Shown piece by piece: positions 1-10,595 of a DNA stretch of 57,158 nt. Numbering within the stretch: the first letter of the stretch is position 1; the number at the start of each line of letters is the position of its first letter. The DNA is from an uncultured Succinatimonas sp. Lineage in GTDB: Bacteria; Pseudomonadota; Gammaproteobacteria; Enterobacterales; Succinivibrionaceae. The notes below the pieces were generated by a model. It was not told the origin of the DNA and searched no databases. It saw only the letters and a list, made by a program, of their open reading frames with translations. Location: contig CALFLJ010000104.1 of assembly GCA_937880335.1 (NCBI GenBank), positions 1 to 57,158 of the forward strand. The letters run 5' to 3'. Both the position numbers and the translations under genes were made by a program.

Positions 1-315
1 CTATCGTTACCTTATTGCTAACTTTGCCATCTTCGCTTATTGGAGCTCTGAGAAACAGGTAAGAGCTCTTTCTTTCCCTCCATCTATCCGCCATCTTTAC
101 ATTATATGTGTAGACTAACTTTTGGACTTTACCTTATATTGCAGGCTTATCCACATATACTGCCTAAGATGATTTCTGTTCGTCAGACCAGAGTTTTCAA
201 AGCCACATCTTTAAGCTATCACATCAGAGTGTCCACCTTGTGGTTTACTAAGATTTCCCGTAAGCGGGCATATTCAGGACTTACACCCTATAAAGAGAGC
301 TCATGCTGAGCATAC
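1..315 (-). mobile_element. Group IIC intron 5' portion: domain I (56-315) joined to a probable internal RT-coding fragment (1-55); runs off the window
   Basis: Minus strand begins GTATGCTCAGCATGAGCTCTCTTTATAGGGTGTAAGTCCTGAA, contains GGTCTGACGAACAGAAA and AAAGTCC, and ends GATGGAGGGAAAGAAAGAGCTCTTACCTG, collinear with the IIC domain I pattern (O. iheyensis type, recalled). It starts right after a terminator. 56-89 is identical to 57125-57158. 55->1 translates FLRAPISEDGKVSNKVTI. Confidence 0.9.
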
Positions 316-348
316 AATAAAGGCGCCTATTATAGAGGCGCCCTTTTT
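316..348 (-). terminator. Rho-independent terminator of ilvC; the intron's target site
   Basis: Minus strand AAAAAGGGCGCC-TCTATAATA-GGCGCCTTTATT, about 10 nt after the ilvC stop. Confidence 0.85.
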
Positions 349-358
349 AGGAGTAAAA

Positions 359-1843
359 CTATTTATTGCCTACGGAAACTTCCTTCATTCCCGACATATA
401 GGCGCGTAACTTACGTCCTACGACCTCAATTGGATGGTTACGGATTGCGTCGTTAATACGAATAAGCTCAACATTATCAACGCCGTTATCACCATCTAAC
501 CCCTTACCAAATAAAGATAAGTCAGTCTTAGACATAAAGTCTTTTAAGAGCGGAATTGCGGCATTAGCAAATAAATAGTTACCATATTCAGCAGTATCTG
601 AAATAACAACATTCATTTCATAAAGGCGACGACGTGCAATGGTATTTGCAATTAAAGGTAACTCATGTAGAGACTCGTAGTAAGCAGACTCAGGATATAT
701 ACCGGACTTTGTCATGGTCTCAAAAGCTAATTCAATACCAGCCTTAGCAAAAGCGACCATTAGTATGCCCTTATCGAAATACTCTTGCTCAGTAATCTTT
801 GCATCTGAAACTGGAGCATTTTCAAACTGGCACTTAGCAAAGTTCTCTCTCCATGTGTGAAGATTAACATCACCATTAGCCCAATCTTCCATCATTACAC
901 GAGAGAACTCACCACTCTCAATATCATCCATATGCTTTAAATACAAATCCTTCATTAACTTCTTTAATTCTTCAGCTAAATAGAAGGCTTTAATCTTAGC
1001 TGGATTAGACAAACGGTCTAACATGTTGGTGATACCGCCTTGCTTTAAGGCCTCACATACTGTTTCCCAACCATATTGTAAGAGCTTACATGCATAAGCC
1101 TTATCTAATCCCAATGCAGTTGCATGATCATAAATTAAAACAGTTGCAGCCTGTAAAACGCCACATAAAATTGTCTGCTCACCCATAAGGTCAGACTTAA
1201 CCTCTGCGACAAAGGATGAACGCAAGCAACCGGCACGATCACCACCTAAGCCTGCAGCCCATGCCTTTGCATAAGCCCAACCTTCGCCATTAGGATCATT
1301 CTCAGGGTGAACTGCTAATAAGGTAGGAGTACCGAAACCACGCAAATATTCCTCACGAACCTCTGTACCTGGAGCTTTTGGGGCGACCATTACAACAGTA
1401 AGATCCTTTCTAATCTGCATTCCTAACTCAACAATATTAAAACCGTGAGAATAACCAATGCATGCACCAGCCTTCATTAAAGGCTGAACTGCAGTTATAA
1501 CATTTTCGTGCTGTTTATCAGGAGTTAAATTGATAACTAAATCTGCTGTAGGGATAACCTGCTCATAAGTACCAAATTTAAAACCATTTTCAGTTGCTCG
1601 TTTAAAAGAAGCTCTCTTTTCGTCAATTGCTTCCTGACGCAAAGCATAACTTACATCAAGTCCAGAATCGCGAAGATTTAAGCCCTGGTTTAAACCTTGA
1701 GCGCCACATCCTACGATGACAACCTTTTTGCCCTTAAGGAAGTTGCAACCATCAGAAAATTCGTCGCGAGCCATTAACTCACAACAGCCTAATTGTGCCA
1801 GTTTTTGACGTAAATTCAAAGTATTAAAGTAATTGGTGCCCAT
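359..1843 (-). CDS. ilvC: Ketol-acid reductoisomerase (long form)
   Basis: [17 protein letters not shown]-terminus, [21 protein letters not shown]; second ATG (1843) preferred for spacing from AAGGT. Confidence 0.97.
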   Translation of the reverse strand: MGTNYFNTLNLRQKLAQLGCCELMARDEFSDGCNFLKGKKVVIVGCGAQGLNQGLNLRDSGLDVSYALRQEAIDEKRASFKRATENGFKFGTYEQVIPTADLVINLTPDKQHENVITAVQPLMKAGACIGYSHGFNIVELGMQIRKDLTVVMVAPKAPGTEVREEYLRGFGTPTLLAVHPENDPNGEGWAYAKAWAAGLGGDRAGCLRSSFVAEVKSDLMGEQTILCGVLQAATVLIYDHATALGLDKAYACKLLQYGWETVCEALKQGGITNMLDRLSNPAKIKAFYLAEELKKLMKDLYLKHMDDIESGEFSRVMMEDWANGDVNLHTWRENFAKCQFENAPVSDAKITEQEYFDKGILMVAFAKAGIELAFETMTKSGIYPESAYYESLHELPLIANTIARRRLYEMNVVISDTAEYGNYLFANAAIPLLKDFMSKTDLSLFGKGLDGDNGVDNVELIRINDAIRNHPIEVVGRKLRAYMSGMKEVSVGNK

Positions 1844-1940
1844 TTGCATTTTACCTTGCTAAACTAAAATAAAATATTACTAAACTATTGCGTGCTTTCA
1901 ATAATACCAGATTTTTTATAAAATGGCATATAATTTCTTC

Positions 1941-1963
1941 TATATTGCAATTTATGCAATATA
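1941..1963. promoter_or_regulatory. Probable IlvY operator (LysR T-N11-A box)
   Basis: Perfect inverted repeat TATATTGCA-ATTTA-TGCAATATA between divergent ilvC and ilvY; resembles the TTGCA-N5-TGCAA IlvY site. Confidence 0.75.
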
Positions 1964-1989
1964 TGTCAATTTTTTTAGGAAATTTACCA

Positions 1990-2925
1990 GTGATCGATCT
2001 TAAAGATGCCGCAACATTTTTGCGTCTGTGTGAAACAGAAAACCTAACACGTACTGCTTCTTTATGTAATGTCAGTCCATCAACACTAAGTAGAACTTTA
2101 AATAAATTAGAAAAACAATTGAATGCAAAGTTATGCATACGTGACAAAAAAGGAGTTTATATTACAGATGCAGGAAGGAAATTTGAACTTTTCGCAAGGC
2201 AATCTCTAAATTCTTTTACTCAACTAGAACAAGACCTTAATCAAGGGGCTGAAAATGTTTCAGGAAAATTAACCATTTATTGTTCTGTAACTGCAAGTTA
2301 CCTATTTATACCAAGGATATTAAATGAGCTTCACCTTACAGCGCCCCGTCTTGAGCTTAAACTTGAAACGGGAGATCCTGCAGATGCTCTTTTATACCTT
2401 AAAGACAAGTCTATTGATCTTGTAATTAGTGCATTACCAGCTGAAATTCCTGAGGACATAAGCTTTGTTGATCTTGTTACTTTTCCTTTAGTCCTGTTAA
2501 GTCCCAAGAAACCTCGTTTTAATGTAGGCACCTCTCCAGATACTCCAAATGATAACTTAAATAGAGTTCCATTTATCATGCCAGAAAAAGGACAACTAAG
2601 ATATGAAGTTGAAAAGTATCTTGCTGCTATGGACTATACCCCAAAAATATATGCAGAAATAGCAGGTCATGAAGCGATTGTTAGTATGTGTGGATTAGGG
2701 TTTGGTTTTGCTGTAGTACCAAGACTTGTATACGAAATATCTCCTTTTAAAAACGATGTTACAGTAATAAGAGAACTTCCTTGGTCAAACTTTAGAGTTG
2801 CTTTATGTGCATTAAAATCACATTCCCAAGATAAGAAAATCCAAATTGTATTTGATTTAGTATCCCGCCTTGCTCCAAGTTTCACTCCAGACTTAACAAG
2901 ACGCAGAAATGACTCCGGAATTTAA
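1990..2925 (+). CDS. ilvY: LysR-family regulator IlvY
   Basis: LysR HTH (VSPSTLSR), CSVTASY, LETGD, IAGHEAIVSM; divergent from ilvC; GTG start after AGGA preferred to 1888. Confidence 0.93.
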   Translation: MIDLKDAATFLRLCETENLTRTASLCNVSPSTLSRTLNKLEKQLNAKLCIRDKKGVYITDAGRKFELFARQSLNSFTQLEQDLNQGAENVSGKLTIYCSVTASYLFIPRILNELHLTAPRLELKLETGDPADALLYLKDKSIDLVISALPAEIPEDISFVDLVTFPLVLLSPKKPRFNVGTSPDTPNDNLNRVPFIMPEKGQLRYEVEKYLAAMDYTPKIYAEIAGHEAIVSMCGLGFGFAVVPRLVYEISPFKNDVTVIRELPWSNFRVALCALKSHSQDKKIQIVFDLVSRLAPSFTPDLTRRRNDSGI

Positions 2926-3200
2926 AAACTTATGCTTAAGAGTAAATAAATTTAAAGTGTTTTTAATATCATCAAAATAGTTAATTTAAAAAAAGACGAT
3001 TTTCTATAGAAAAAAATACGATCAATATAAAAATATAAGTGAAAATATATACGATATGCTTGATCGCTATTTTTAGGAATTTTGATTTGGAGTATTATAA
3101 TTTCTATATTCAAGACATTTGTATCAAGAACAAAGCCAACCTTAGCGTTTTGTAAACTTAAAACAAAAATCAAAATTGTTTTATTGAGGAGATTTTACTC

Positions 3201-4853
3201 ATGTTCCATAACATTAACCCTACCAATACTGTCGCTTGGAAAAAACTAACAGAACACTTTGAAGCAACAAAAAAACGCACTCTTAAAGACTTATTTGCCG
3301 CAGATCCAAAGCGTTTTGAAAACTATTCCCTTTCTTTAGCTAACGGCGATATGGTAGCTGATTTCTCAAAGAATCTCATTGATGAAACTACCTTAAAACT
3401 CCTTCTTGAGTTAGCAGAGGAAACAAAACTTCAAGAAAATATTGAAGCTATGTTTAAAGCAGAAAAGATTAACAGAACAGAAAATCGAGCTGTACTTCAT
3501 ACTGCTTTAAGAGACTTTTCTGGCAATTCTGTCATGCTTGATGGCGTTGATGTTATGCAGGACGTTCGTGCTGTCCAAGCAAAAATGAAATCATTCTGTG
3601 ATCGTGTCATTTCAGGAGATTGGAAAGGTTACACCGGTAAAGAGATTACCGATGTAGTAAACATCGGAATTGGCGGCTCTGACTTAGGTCCATGCATGAT
3701 CACAGCTGCATTAACCCCTTATCACAGCAGACTAAATGTTCATTTTGTATCAAATATTGATGGAACCCAAATTTGTGAGGTTTTAAAAACTGTAGATCCA
3801 GAAACAACATTATTCTTAATTGCATCCAAAACTTTCACGACTTTAGAAACAATGACAAATGCTCATACAGCTCGTGATTGGTTCTTAAAAAGTGCAAAAG
3901 ATGTTAAACATGTAGCAAAACACTTTGTTGCACTATCAACTAATACCAAAGGTGTAGCTGAGTTTGGTATTGATACTGACAATATGTTTGAGTTCTGGGA
4001 TTGGGTAGGTGGAAGATACTCTTCCTGGTCTGCTATTGGATTATCCATTGCATTAGCATGTGGGTATGACAATTTCGAAGCTTTCCTTAAGGGTGGTTAT
4101 GAATACGACTGCTACTTCAGAAACACCCCTCTTGATAAGAATCTTTCTGTAATATTAGCCTTAATTGGTATTTGGTATAACAATTTTTATCATTTTGAGA
4201 CTGAAGCAATTCTACCTTATGATCAATATATGTATAGATTCCCAGCCTACTTCCAGCAAGGAAATATGGAATCTAATGGTAAGTATGTTGATCGTCTTGG
4301 TAATAAGGTTGACTATGAAACTGGTCCTATCATCTGGGGCGAACCTGGCACTAATGGGCAACATGCCTTCTATCAGTTAATTCATCAAGGAACTAAAATT
4401 ATTCCTTGCGACTTTATTGCCCCTGCACGCACCCACAATCCAGTAGGTGACCACCATGTAAAGCTTCTTTCAAACTTCTTTGCACAGACAGAAGCCTTAG
4501 CTTTTGGCAAGAGTAAGGAACAAGTAGAACAGGAATTCTTAGCTAAAGGAAAGTCTTTAGACGAGATTAAGGATATTGTTCCTTTTAAGGTATTTGAAGG
4601 AAATCGTCCAACAAATTCTTTCTTAGTAAAAGAAATTACACCTCGTACCTTAGGCATGTTAGTTGCCATGTATGAACATAAGATTTTCACTCAAGGCTCA
4701 ATTTTAAATATCTATACATTCGATCAATGGGGGGTTGAATTAGGTAAACAATTAGCCATGAAGATTATTCCTGAACTTGAAAACGAGGAAATCATTTCTT
4801 CTCACGACAGTTCAACAAACGGCTTAATCAATGCTTATAAATCTCTCAAATAA
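3201..4853 (+). CDS. pgi: Glucose-6-phosphate isomerase
   Basis: [40 protein letters not shown]. Confidence 0.98.
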   Translation: MFHNINPTNTVAWKKLTEHFEATKKRTLKDLFAADPKRFENYSLSLANGDMVADFSKNLIDETTLKLLLELAEETKLQENIEAMFKAEKINRTENRAVLHTALRDFSGNSVMLDGVDVMQDVRAVQAKMKSFCDRVISGDWKGYTGKEITDVVNIGIGGSDLGPCMITAALTPYHSRLNVHFVSNIDGTQICEVLKTVDPETTLFLIASKTFTTLETMTNAHTARDWFLKSAKDVKHVAKHFVALSTNTKGVAEFGIDTDNMFEFWDWVGGRYSSWSAIGLSIALACGYDNFEAFLKGGYEYDCYFRNTPLDKNLSVILALIGIWYNNFYHFETEAILPYDQYMYRFPAYFQQGNMESNGKYVDRLGNKVDYETGPIIWGEPGTNGQHAFYQLIHQGTKIIPCDFIAPARTHNPVGDHHVKLLSNFFAQTEALAFGKSKEQVEQEFLAKGKSLDEIKDIVPFKVFEGNRPTNSFLVKEITPRTLGMLVAMYEHKIFTQGSILNIYTFDQWGVELGKQLAMKIIPELENEEIISSHDSSTNGLINAYKSLK

Positions 4854-4880
4854 TATAGAGTTATAAGCTCTTTTACATTT

Positions 4881-4914
4881 GCCCCCACTATCAGCTAATG
4901 ATAATGGGGGCTTT
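4881..4914 (+). terminator. Probable pgi terminator
   Basis: GCCCCCA-CTATCA-loop-TGATAA-TGGGGGC then TTT. Confidence 0.65.
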
Positions 4915-5020
4915 AAATTTATCCTTTAATCATTATTTTCAATTTTTTTTATTTAAATTAAAATTCTATAACTTCCTACAACTATTAAATATCTTAAAAA
5001 TAACAGATAGGTTTCATATC

Positions 5021-8000
5021 ATGCTCGATCAAAGCCTTGCTTATATCCCCTTACATTTACACTCTTGTTATTCGATAAATGATGGATTACAAAATGTAGG
5101 CCCGATAGTAAAACAAGCGGCTAAACTAGGCTTTCCGGCTTTGGCTGTTACTGATTTTAACAATATGGCAGGCTTTGTAAGGTTTTACAGTTCTTGTAAG
5201 GCTGCTGGAATAAAACCTATCATGGGAGCAGACCTTCAAGTTAAGGAAAACACTCGTCCTGGTGAGCCTACTAAAATATTCACAGTAACATTACTTGCAA
5301 TGGATCGTGTAGGAAAACAAAACCTTTATGATATATTATCTGATGCATGGATAAACACTGCTTCCCCAGATATAGATGAGGTTGCCTGTACTGTATCAGA
5401 TCTTGCAAAATACTCAGAAGGCATTATTTTACTGAATGGATTTCGTGGCGATATCGCACAATTCCTAAGAGAAGATAATCGAAAAGAGCTTGAGGAACGC
5501 TTAAACTTTTACAAAAAAAACTACCCAAATCGTTTCTGCTTTGAAATTACAAGAACAAAACGACAAGGGGAGAGCGAGTTTGAACAAGCTGCTTTAGATT
5601 TATGTGTAAAGCATGGTTTTTTCCCTGTTGCAACTAACGATACTCGTTTTCTACATGGTCCTAAGAACATACCTGAAGACGGTTTATCAGACTATTACGT
5701 TCACGATATTAGAGTAGCAATCCAAAAAGGAGTGCAAAAAGGAAATAGAGATTTAGCGCGCATCTACTCAGATGAACAATATCTTAGATCCCCACAAGAA
5801 ATGGAAGAATTATTTAAAGATCTTCCAGAAGCTTTAGCAAATAGTAGAGCCATTGCAGCTCGTTGTAATGTCGATATAGAACTTGATCACCCTCGTCTGC
5901 CTCATTATGACACAGGAGATATGTCAACAGCAGATTATCTTCGTATGGCTGCACACCAGGGACTTGATAAAAGACTTCAATTCCTTTTTCCCGATGAAAA
6001 AACACGTGAAGAAAAAAGACCTATTTATGAAGAACGCCTTAATGTAGAGCTTGATGTAATTATCAACATGGACTTTCCAGGTTACTTCCTTATCGTTATG
6101 GAATTTATTCAATGGTCAAAAGAGCATGGCGTTCCGGTAGGCCCAGGAAGAGGATCTGGCGGAGGCTCTCTTGTAGCATATGCTCTTACTATTACCGATT
6201 TTGATCCTTTAAGATTTGATCTTCTCTTTGAAAGATTTTTAAATCCAGAACGTGTTTCAATGCCAGACTTTGACGTAGATTTCTGCCAGAGAAAACGCTA
6301 CAAAACCTTACAACATGTAGTAGACCATTACGGAAGAAATGCTGTATCACAAATCGCAGCTTTCGGAACTCTTGCTCCAAAAGCTGCTATTCAAGGAGTT
6401 GGTCGTGCGATCGGAGTACCTTTAGGGCAAGTGCGTCGAGTAGCCGGATTTATTCCAGAAACACCAGGAGTTTCATTCAATGATTGCTTAGGAATTGATA
6501 AGAAAGGCAACCCTTGTGAAAGTGTAGCACCAGACTTTCTGCAATTTTTTAATCAAGCCAAAATTGACGATGATAAAGAGACTATTGAGCTTATAAACGT
6601 TTCCAGACGTCTTGAGGGAGTTATAAGAAGTATTGGAAAACACGCCGCTGGTGTTGTTATCTCTCCAACTCGAATTGCTGAATTTGCGCCCCTCATGCTT
6701 GATTCTGACGGCAATCCTATAACTCAATATGATAAAAAAGATGTTGAACATGCAGGACTTGTTAAGTTTGACTTTCTTGGCCTTACAACTCTCACAATCA
6801 TAGATGATGCAAAAGAGATGATTGATGTAAGACGAAAAAGGGAGGGGAAACCACCTTTAAATATTGCAGCCATCCCCTATGAGGATGAGGCATCCTATGA
6901 AATGATTCAGCAAACAGAAACTACCGCAGTATTCCAGCTTGAATCTACAGGCATGCGTAAACTTATAGGTCAAATGAAGCCAGATCGCTTTGACGACTTA
7001 ATTGCTCTTGTAGCACTATATCGACCAGGACCAATTAAATCTGGCATGGTGGATCACTTTGTGCAAAGAAAACATGGGTTTGAGGAAGTAAGTTATCCAC
7101 TACCTGAAGCTCAAGATCTTGATCTAAAACCTATTTTAGATTCAACATATGGAGTTATTGTTTACCAAGAACAGGTAATGCAAATAGCTCAGGTGCTAGC
7201 TGGCTACTCTTTAGGTGGCGCTGATATTCTAAGACGAGCAATGGGAAAGAAAATTCCTGCGGAGATGGCTGCACAACGAGATGTTTTCTTACATGGTTGC
7301 CAGAAAAAAAATAAAGATGGTGACGTATGCATGAAAATATTCGCCCAGGTTGAGATGTTCGCCGCTTATGGATTTAATAAATCTCACTCTGCAGCGTATG
7401 CTTTAGTTGCTTGGTGGACTTTATGGTTGAAAGTCCATTATCCTGCAGAATTTCTTGCTGCGATGATGACTGCAGATTGTCTCAAAACTGAAAAACTAAT
7501 AGCTTATATTGGAGAATGCCACAGGCTAGGAGTTAATGTAAATCCGCCTGACGTTAATTCTGGAAAATACTTCTTTGGTGTAAATGAAAAAGGAGACGTT
7601 GTTTATGGTTTCTCTGCTATCAAAGGTATAGGTTATAAAGTAGTTGGTAGACTTGCTGAAGAACGTGAAGCGAACGGACCTTATACAGATATTTTTGATT
7701 TCACTGTACGTGTAGGAACAAAGTTTATTTCTAAAGGAACCCTTGAAGCTCTTGTTAAAAGTGGTGCTTTAGACAGTATTGGTCCTGATCGTGCAACCTT
7801 AATGGAAAGTGTTCCCCGTGCCATAAAATATGCAATACAGTCTGAAAATGATCAAAGCACAGGACAATGTGATCTATTTGCATTAATGGATGACACTAAA
7901 CTAAAGCCTTCCTATGTAAAGGTCAAACCTTGGTCTGACAAACTAAGATTGCACTACGAAAAAGCTCTTTTAGGATTATACCTATCAGGACACCCTATTG

Positions 8001-8692
8001 ATTCTTATCGCAATGAACTATATCAATATTGTGGTACCACTACTTTAAGCAATATGATACCAGGAACACCTGATAGCCCAAGCTCAGTAAAAGTTGCGGG
8101 AGTTGTCATCTCACATATGGTAAGAATTTCAAATCGCGATGGTGCTAAATATTTTGTAATTGCTCTTGATGATGGTACGTCAACCTTTGAAACAATGGTC
8201 TTTGGTCGTCCCGCTGAACAATTTAATCAAATTTTAAAAGAAAAAGAACGTGAGCTTGATAGACGGAAAAAATCAAATCCGAACGAAACTATAATTGCCT
8301 CTCCGCTTATTATCATTGTTGATGGCCTTTTAACTTTAGGAGAAGATGGCAGTCAAAGAATGCGCGTACGCAATATAGAATCTTTGGCAAATCTAAGAAT
8401 GTTAAAAGCAAAACATCTTACTTTAAACTTTACTAAATCATCTCTACAACAAAATTTTAAACTTATAGATGAAACAATTTTAAGAAACAGAATAGAGAGA
8501 AGAGAATTAATAGAGCAGAAACGTTATGCAGAAAATCCCGAAGAGGTTGCTCATGGATGCGACCTTACTTTAATTATTGACAATATGTTAATGAAGCTTC
8601 ACTCGGACAAGTATCTTTACCTGGCCACTGAAGATCTTATAGATGGTATAAGAGATGTGGCCGGGCTTAATAGTGTAAAAGTTAGCTATTAA
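5021..8692 (+). CDS. dnaE: DNA polymerase III alpha subunit
   Basis: PHP domain (HLHSCYS), GPGRGSG, MPDFDVDF, YGFNKSHS, clamp-binding-like QCDLF; ATG 5021 preferred because 4898 lies inside the pgi terminator. Confidence 0.97.
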   Translation: MLDQSLAYIPLHLHSCYSINDGLQNVGPIVKQAAKLGFPALAVTDFNNMAGFVRFYSSCKAAGIKPIMGADLQVKENTRPGEPTKIFTVTLLAMDRVGKQNLYDILSDAWINTASPDIDEVACTVSDLAKYSEGIILLNGFRGDIAQFLREDNRKELEERLNFYKKNYPNRFCFEITRTKRQGESEFEQAALDLCVKHGFFPVATNDTRFLHGPKNIPEDGLSDYYVHDIRVAIQKGVQKGNRDLARIYSDEQYLRSPQEMEELFKDLPEALANSRAIAARCNVDIELDHPRLPHYDTGDMSTADYLRMAAHQGLDKRLQFLFPDEKTREEKRPIYEERLNVELDVIINMDFPGYFLIVMEFIQWSKEHGVPVGPGRGSGGGSLVAYALTITDFDPLRFDLLFERFLNPERVSMPDFDVDFCQRKRYKTLQHVVDHYGRNAVSQIAAFGTLAPKAAIQGVGRAIGVPLGQVRRVAGFIPETPGVSFNDCLGIDKKGNPCESVAPDFLQFFNQAKIDDDKETIELINVSRRLEGVIRSIGKHAAGVVISPTRIAEFAPLMLDSDGNPITQYDKKDVEHAGLVKFDFLGLTTLTIIDDAKEMIDVRRKREGKPPLNIAAIPYEDEASYEMIQQTETTAVFQLESTGMRKLIGQMKPDRFDDLIALVALYRPGPIKSGMVDHFVQRKHGFEEVSYPLPEAQDLDLKPILDSTYGVIVYQEQVMQIAQVLAGYSLGGADILRRAMGKKIPAEMAAQRDVFLHGCQKKNKDGDVCMKIFAQVEMFAAYGFNKSHSAAYALVAWWTLWLKVHYPAEFLAAMMTADCLKTEKLIAYIGECHRLGVNVNPPDVNSGKYFFGVNEKGDVVYGFSAIKGIGYKVVGRLAEEREANGPYTDIFDFTVRVGTKFISKGTLEALVKSGALDSIGPDRATLMESVPRAIKYAIQSENDQSTGQCDLFALMDDTKLKPSYVKVKPWSDKLRLHYEKALLGLYLSGHPIDSYRNELYQYCGTTTLSNMIPGTPDSPSSVKVAGVVISHMVRISNRDGAKYFVIALDDGTSTFETMVFGRPAEQFNQILKEKERELDRRKKSNPNETIIASPLIIIVDGLLTLGEDGSQRMRVRNIESLANLRMLKAKHLTLNFTKSSLQQNFKLIDETILRNRIERRELIEQKRYAENPEEVAHGCDLTLIIDNMLMKLHSDKYLYLATEDLIDGIRDVAGLNSVKVSY

Positions 8693-9356
8693 CTAAAAAA
8701 ATTTGAGGGTCTGCTAATTCTATCTTGTGAAATTGCTGTCCTTTAAAAAGAAAGGTATCCTCAAGATCGTCGCTTAGCGGTATAAATAAAGAAATAATTA
8801 GTTTTAAATCATCTCTGAAATATTGCAACACCTTACCTCTTTGAAGTGTTGCATATTTGACTTTTTTTTCTTCAGGAAAAATTTTTACAAAATGTAAACC
8901 GCTTAATCCCTCTCCACTTGCTTTTAATACAGCCTCTCGTATAGTCCAAAATCTAGTAAATAAAACTTCTTTATTTTCTGCTCCTTTTAACGCATTCACC
9001 TCGTTTTCAGACAAAAATCTTTCCCATAAATCCTCTTTAGTGTTCCTCAAAACCTCAAGGTCGATTCCAATTACCTCAGAGCTTAAAACTAAACCAATCA
9101 TATCTTTGGTATGGGAAATATTAAAATTAGGCAAACATTCATCTAAAAAAAATGGCTTTCCATGTTCATTTTTGCAAATTTGTGGAAATTCATTTATTTG
9201 ATAAAAAGTTTTTAATGCTTCAAATAATAAAGCTCTACCTGCAAGGAAACTATTCCTTCTCCCTGGAGCAAATGATAACGCTCTTTGATGAAAAATATTC
9301 GGCAGTAAAGAGAAGCTAGCTTCAAGATCCTCAATTTTAGCTAAAATTAGCTTCAT
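8682..9356 (-). CDS. Sfp/AcpT-type 4'-phosphopantetheinyl transferase
   Basis: HGKP, FNISHT, GIDLE, FWTIREAVLKA; converges on dnaE with an 11 bp overlap. Confidence 0.9.
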   Translation of the reverse strand: MKLILAKIEDLEASFSLLPNIFHQRALSFAPGRRNSFLAGRALLFEALKTFYQINEFPQICKNEHGKPFFLDECLPNFNISHTKDMIGLVLSSEVIGIDLEVLRNTKEDLWERFLSENEVNALKGAENKEVLFTRFWTIREAVLKASGEGLSGLHFVKIFPEEKKVKYATLQRGKVLQYFRDDLKLIISLFIPLSDDLEDTFLFKGQQFHKIELADPQIFLVNS

Positions 9357-9358
9357 TA

Positions 9359-9754
9359 TTACTCTGTTTCCCTTTTATCTTGAACAGCGCTATCAGACTC
9401 TGCTTTTACATTTAGTTGTTTTTTCTTGATAATGAAAAAAACAACAGATATAACAAAAAATGAAAAAACAAAACCTAAAAAGATTCCAATATAACGAACA
9501 TCCTGGTTTAAAAAATCATCATTAACGCCATGTTCCAAAAGAAAAAAGCTTAATTTAGCAGGAAATACTATAGCCCCAAGCCAAAATACATTAGCCAAAA
9601 GCATCAATATTACCCCAAACTTAAAAACACGCCGTATAAAAATAGCAATAAACCCTATGGAGAAAATCCCCACACCAATTCCACCTAAGCAGGATTCAAT
9701 AAATAGCAAATTAAGAGTAGGCATCAGTATTTTTTCTTGTGCTAGAATAAACAA
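9359..9754 (-). CDS. Hypothetical membrane protein (about 3 TM); start may be ATG 9724
   Basis: Three hydrophobic segments and a charged C-terminal tail; stop is 2 nt from the PPTase start. Confidence 0.65.
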   Translation of the reverse strand: MFILAQEKILMPTLNLLFIESCLGGIGVGIFSIGFIAIFIRRVFKFGVILMLLANVFWLGAIVFPAKLSFFLLEHGVNDDFLNQDVRYIGIFLGFVFSFFVISVVFFIIKKKQLNVKAESDSAVQDKRETE

Positions 9755-9805
9755 TTCATAGTAAATTTTAACAGAAAATTAAGCATCTTATTTTCAGGTT
9801 ATAAA

Positions 9806-10594
9806 ATGTTATTTATATCAAACCTTGATCCAATTTTAATTAACTTAGGCCCCATTAGTATTCGATGGTACGGAGTACTATTTTCATTAGGCTTTATCCT
9901 AGGTTATTTTATCATGCAATACATGTTTAGAAGTTTAAAATACAAGACCGAAGATCTTGATAAGCTTCTTGTCATGATCTTTATAGGTACCGTTATTGGA
10001 GCTCGCCTTGGACACTGTATATTCTACGAACCCGATTTCTATTTATCTCATCCTTTAGAAATTTTAAAAATATGGAAAGGTGGTCTTGCCAGCCACGGAG
10101 GAACTGTTGGCGTGCTGATTATGGTCTATATCTTTGCAAAAAAGAACAAATATGGCCTACTCCAACTACTCGATATGCTAAGTGTGCCTGTTGCTCTAGT
10201 TTCAACACTAATCCGTATTGGAAATTTCATAAATTCTGAAATTGTAGGTATTGAAACACACTCTACCTTCGGTGTGATATTCGCAAGACTTGGCGAAAAT
10301 TTCCCCCGTCATCCAGCACAGTTATACGAATCTATTGCTTATTTTATTACCTTTATAATTTTGGGAACTATTTACTTATGCGTAAAACGAAGACCAAACG
10401 GTCTTATTTTTGGCCTACTATTTGTTTTAGTCTTTGGCGCAAGAATTTTAATTGAACCTTTCAAAGTAGAACAAGCCGATTACAGCACTGGAACAGTATT
10501 TACCGTAGGTCAATATCTTAGTGTTCCATTTATTTTAATCGGGCTTTTAGTCATACTATTTGCTTATTGGCACAACGACAAAAAGGAGCCTTAA
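9806..10594 (+). CDS. lgt: Prolipoprotein diacylglyceryl transferase
   Basis: IRWYG, GARLG, GGLASHGG, RIGNFINSE, HPAQLYE. Confidence 0.96.
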   Translation: MLFISNLDPILINLGPISIRWYGVLFSLGFILGYFIMQYMFRSLKYKTEDLDKLLVMIFIGTVIGARLGHCIFYEPDFYLSHPLEILKIWKGGLASHGGTVGVLIMVYIFAKKNKYGLLQLLDMLSVPVALVSTLIRIGNFINSEIVGIETHSTFGVIFARLGENFPRHPAQLYESIAYFITFIILGTIYLCVKRRPNGLIFGLLFVLVFGARILIEPFKVEQADYSTGTVFTVGQYLSVPFILIGLLVILFAYWHNDKKEP

Positions 10595-10595
10595 A

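Noticed and set aside
147..155. Perfect DnaA box TTATCCACA
   Set aside because: Single copy inside intron DI; no box cluster or origin context
106..309. 67-aa ORF on the plus strand
   Set aside because: Antisense to intron domain I, with no RBS or recognisable motif
1851..2147. 98-aa minus-strand ORF, and the other short ORFs nested in or antisense to housekeeping genes
   Set aside because: Shadow frames of well-supported genes, with no motifs
2952..3173. 73-aa ORF in the ilvY-pgi spacer
   Set aside because: Very AT-rich, non-ATG start, antisense to the pgi upstream region
4898..5020. N-terminal extension of DnaE in the ORF track
   Set aside because: Starts within the pgi terminator; homology begins near ATG 5021
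5021..8692. Possible intein or active proofreading PHP domain in DnaE
   Set aside because: Insertions are short with no intein termini; several PHP ligand positions are substituted (TDFNN, NDTRF) as in E. coli-type enzymes
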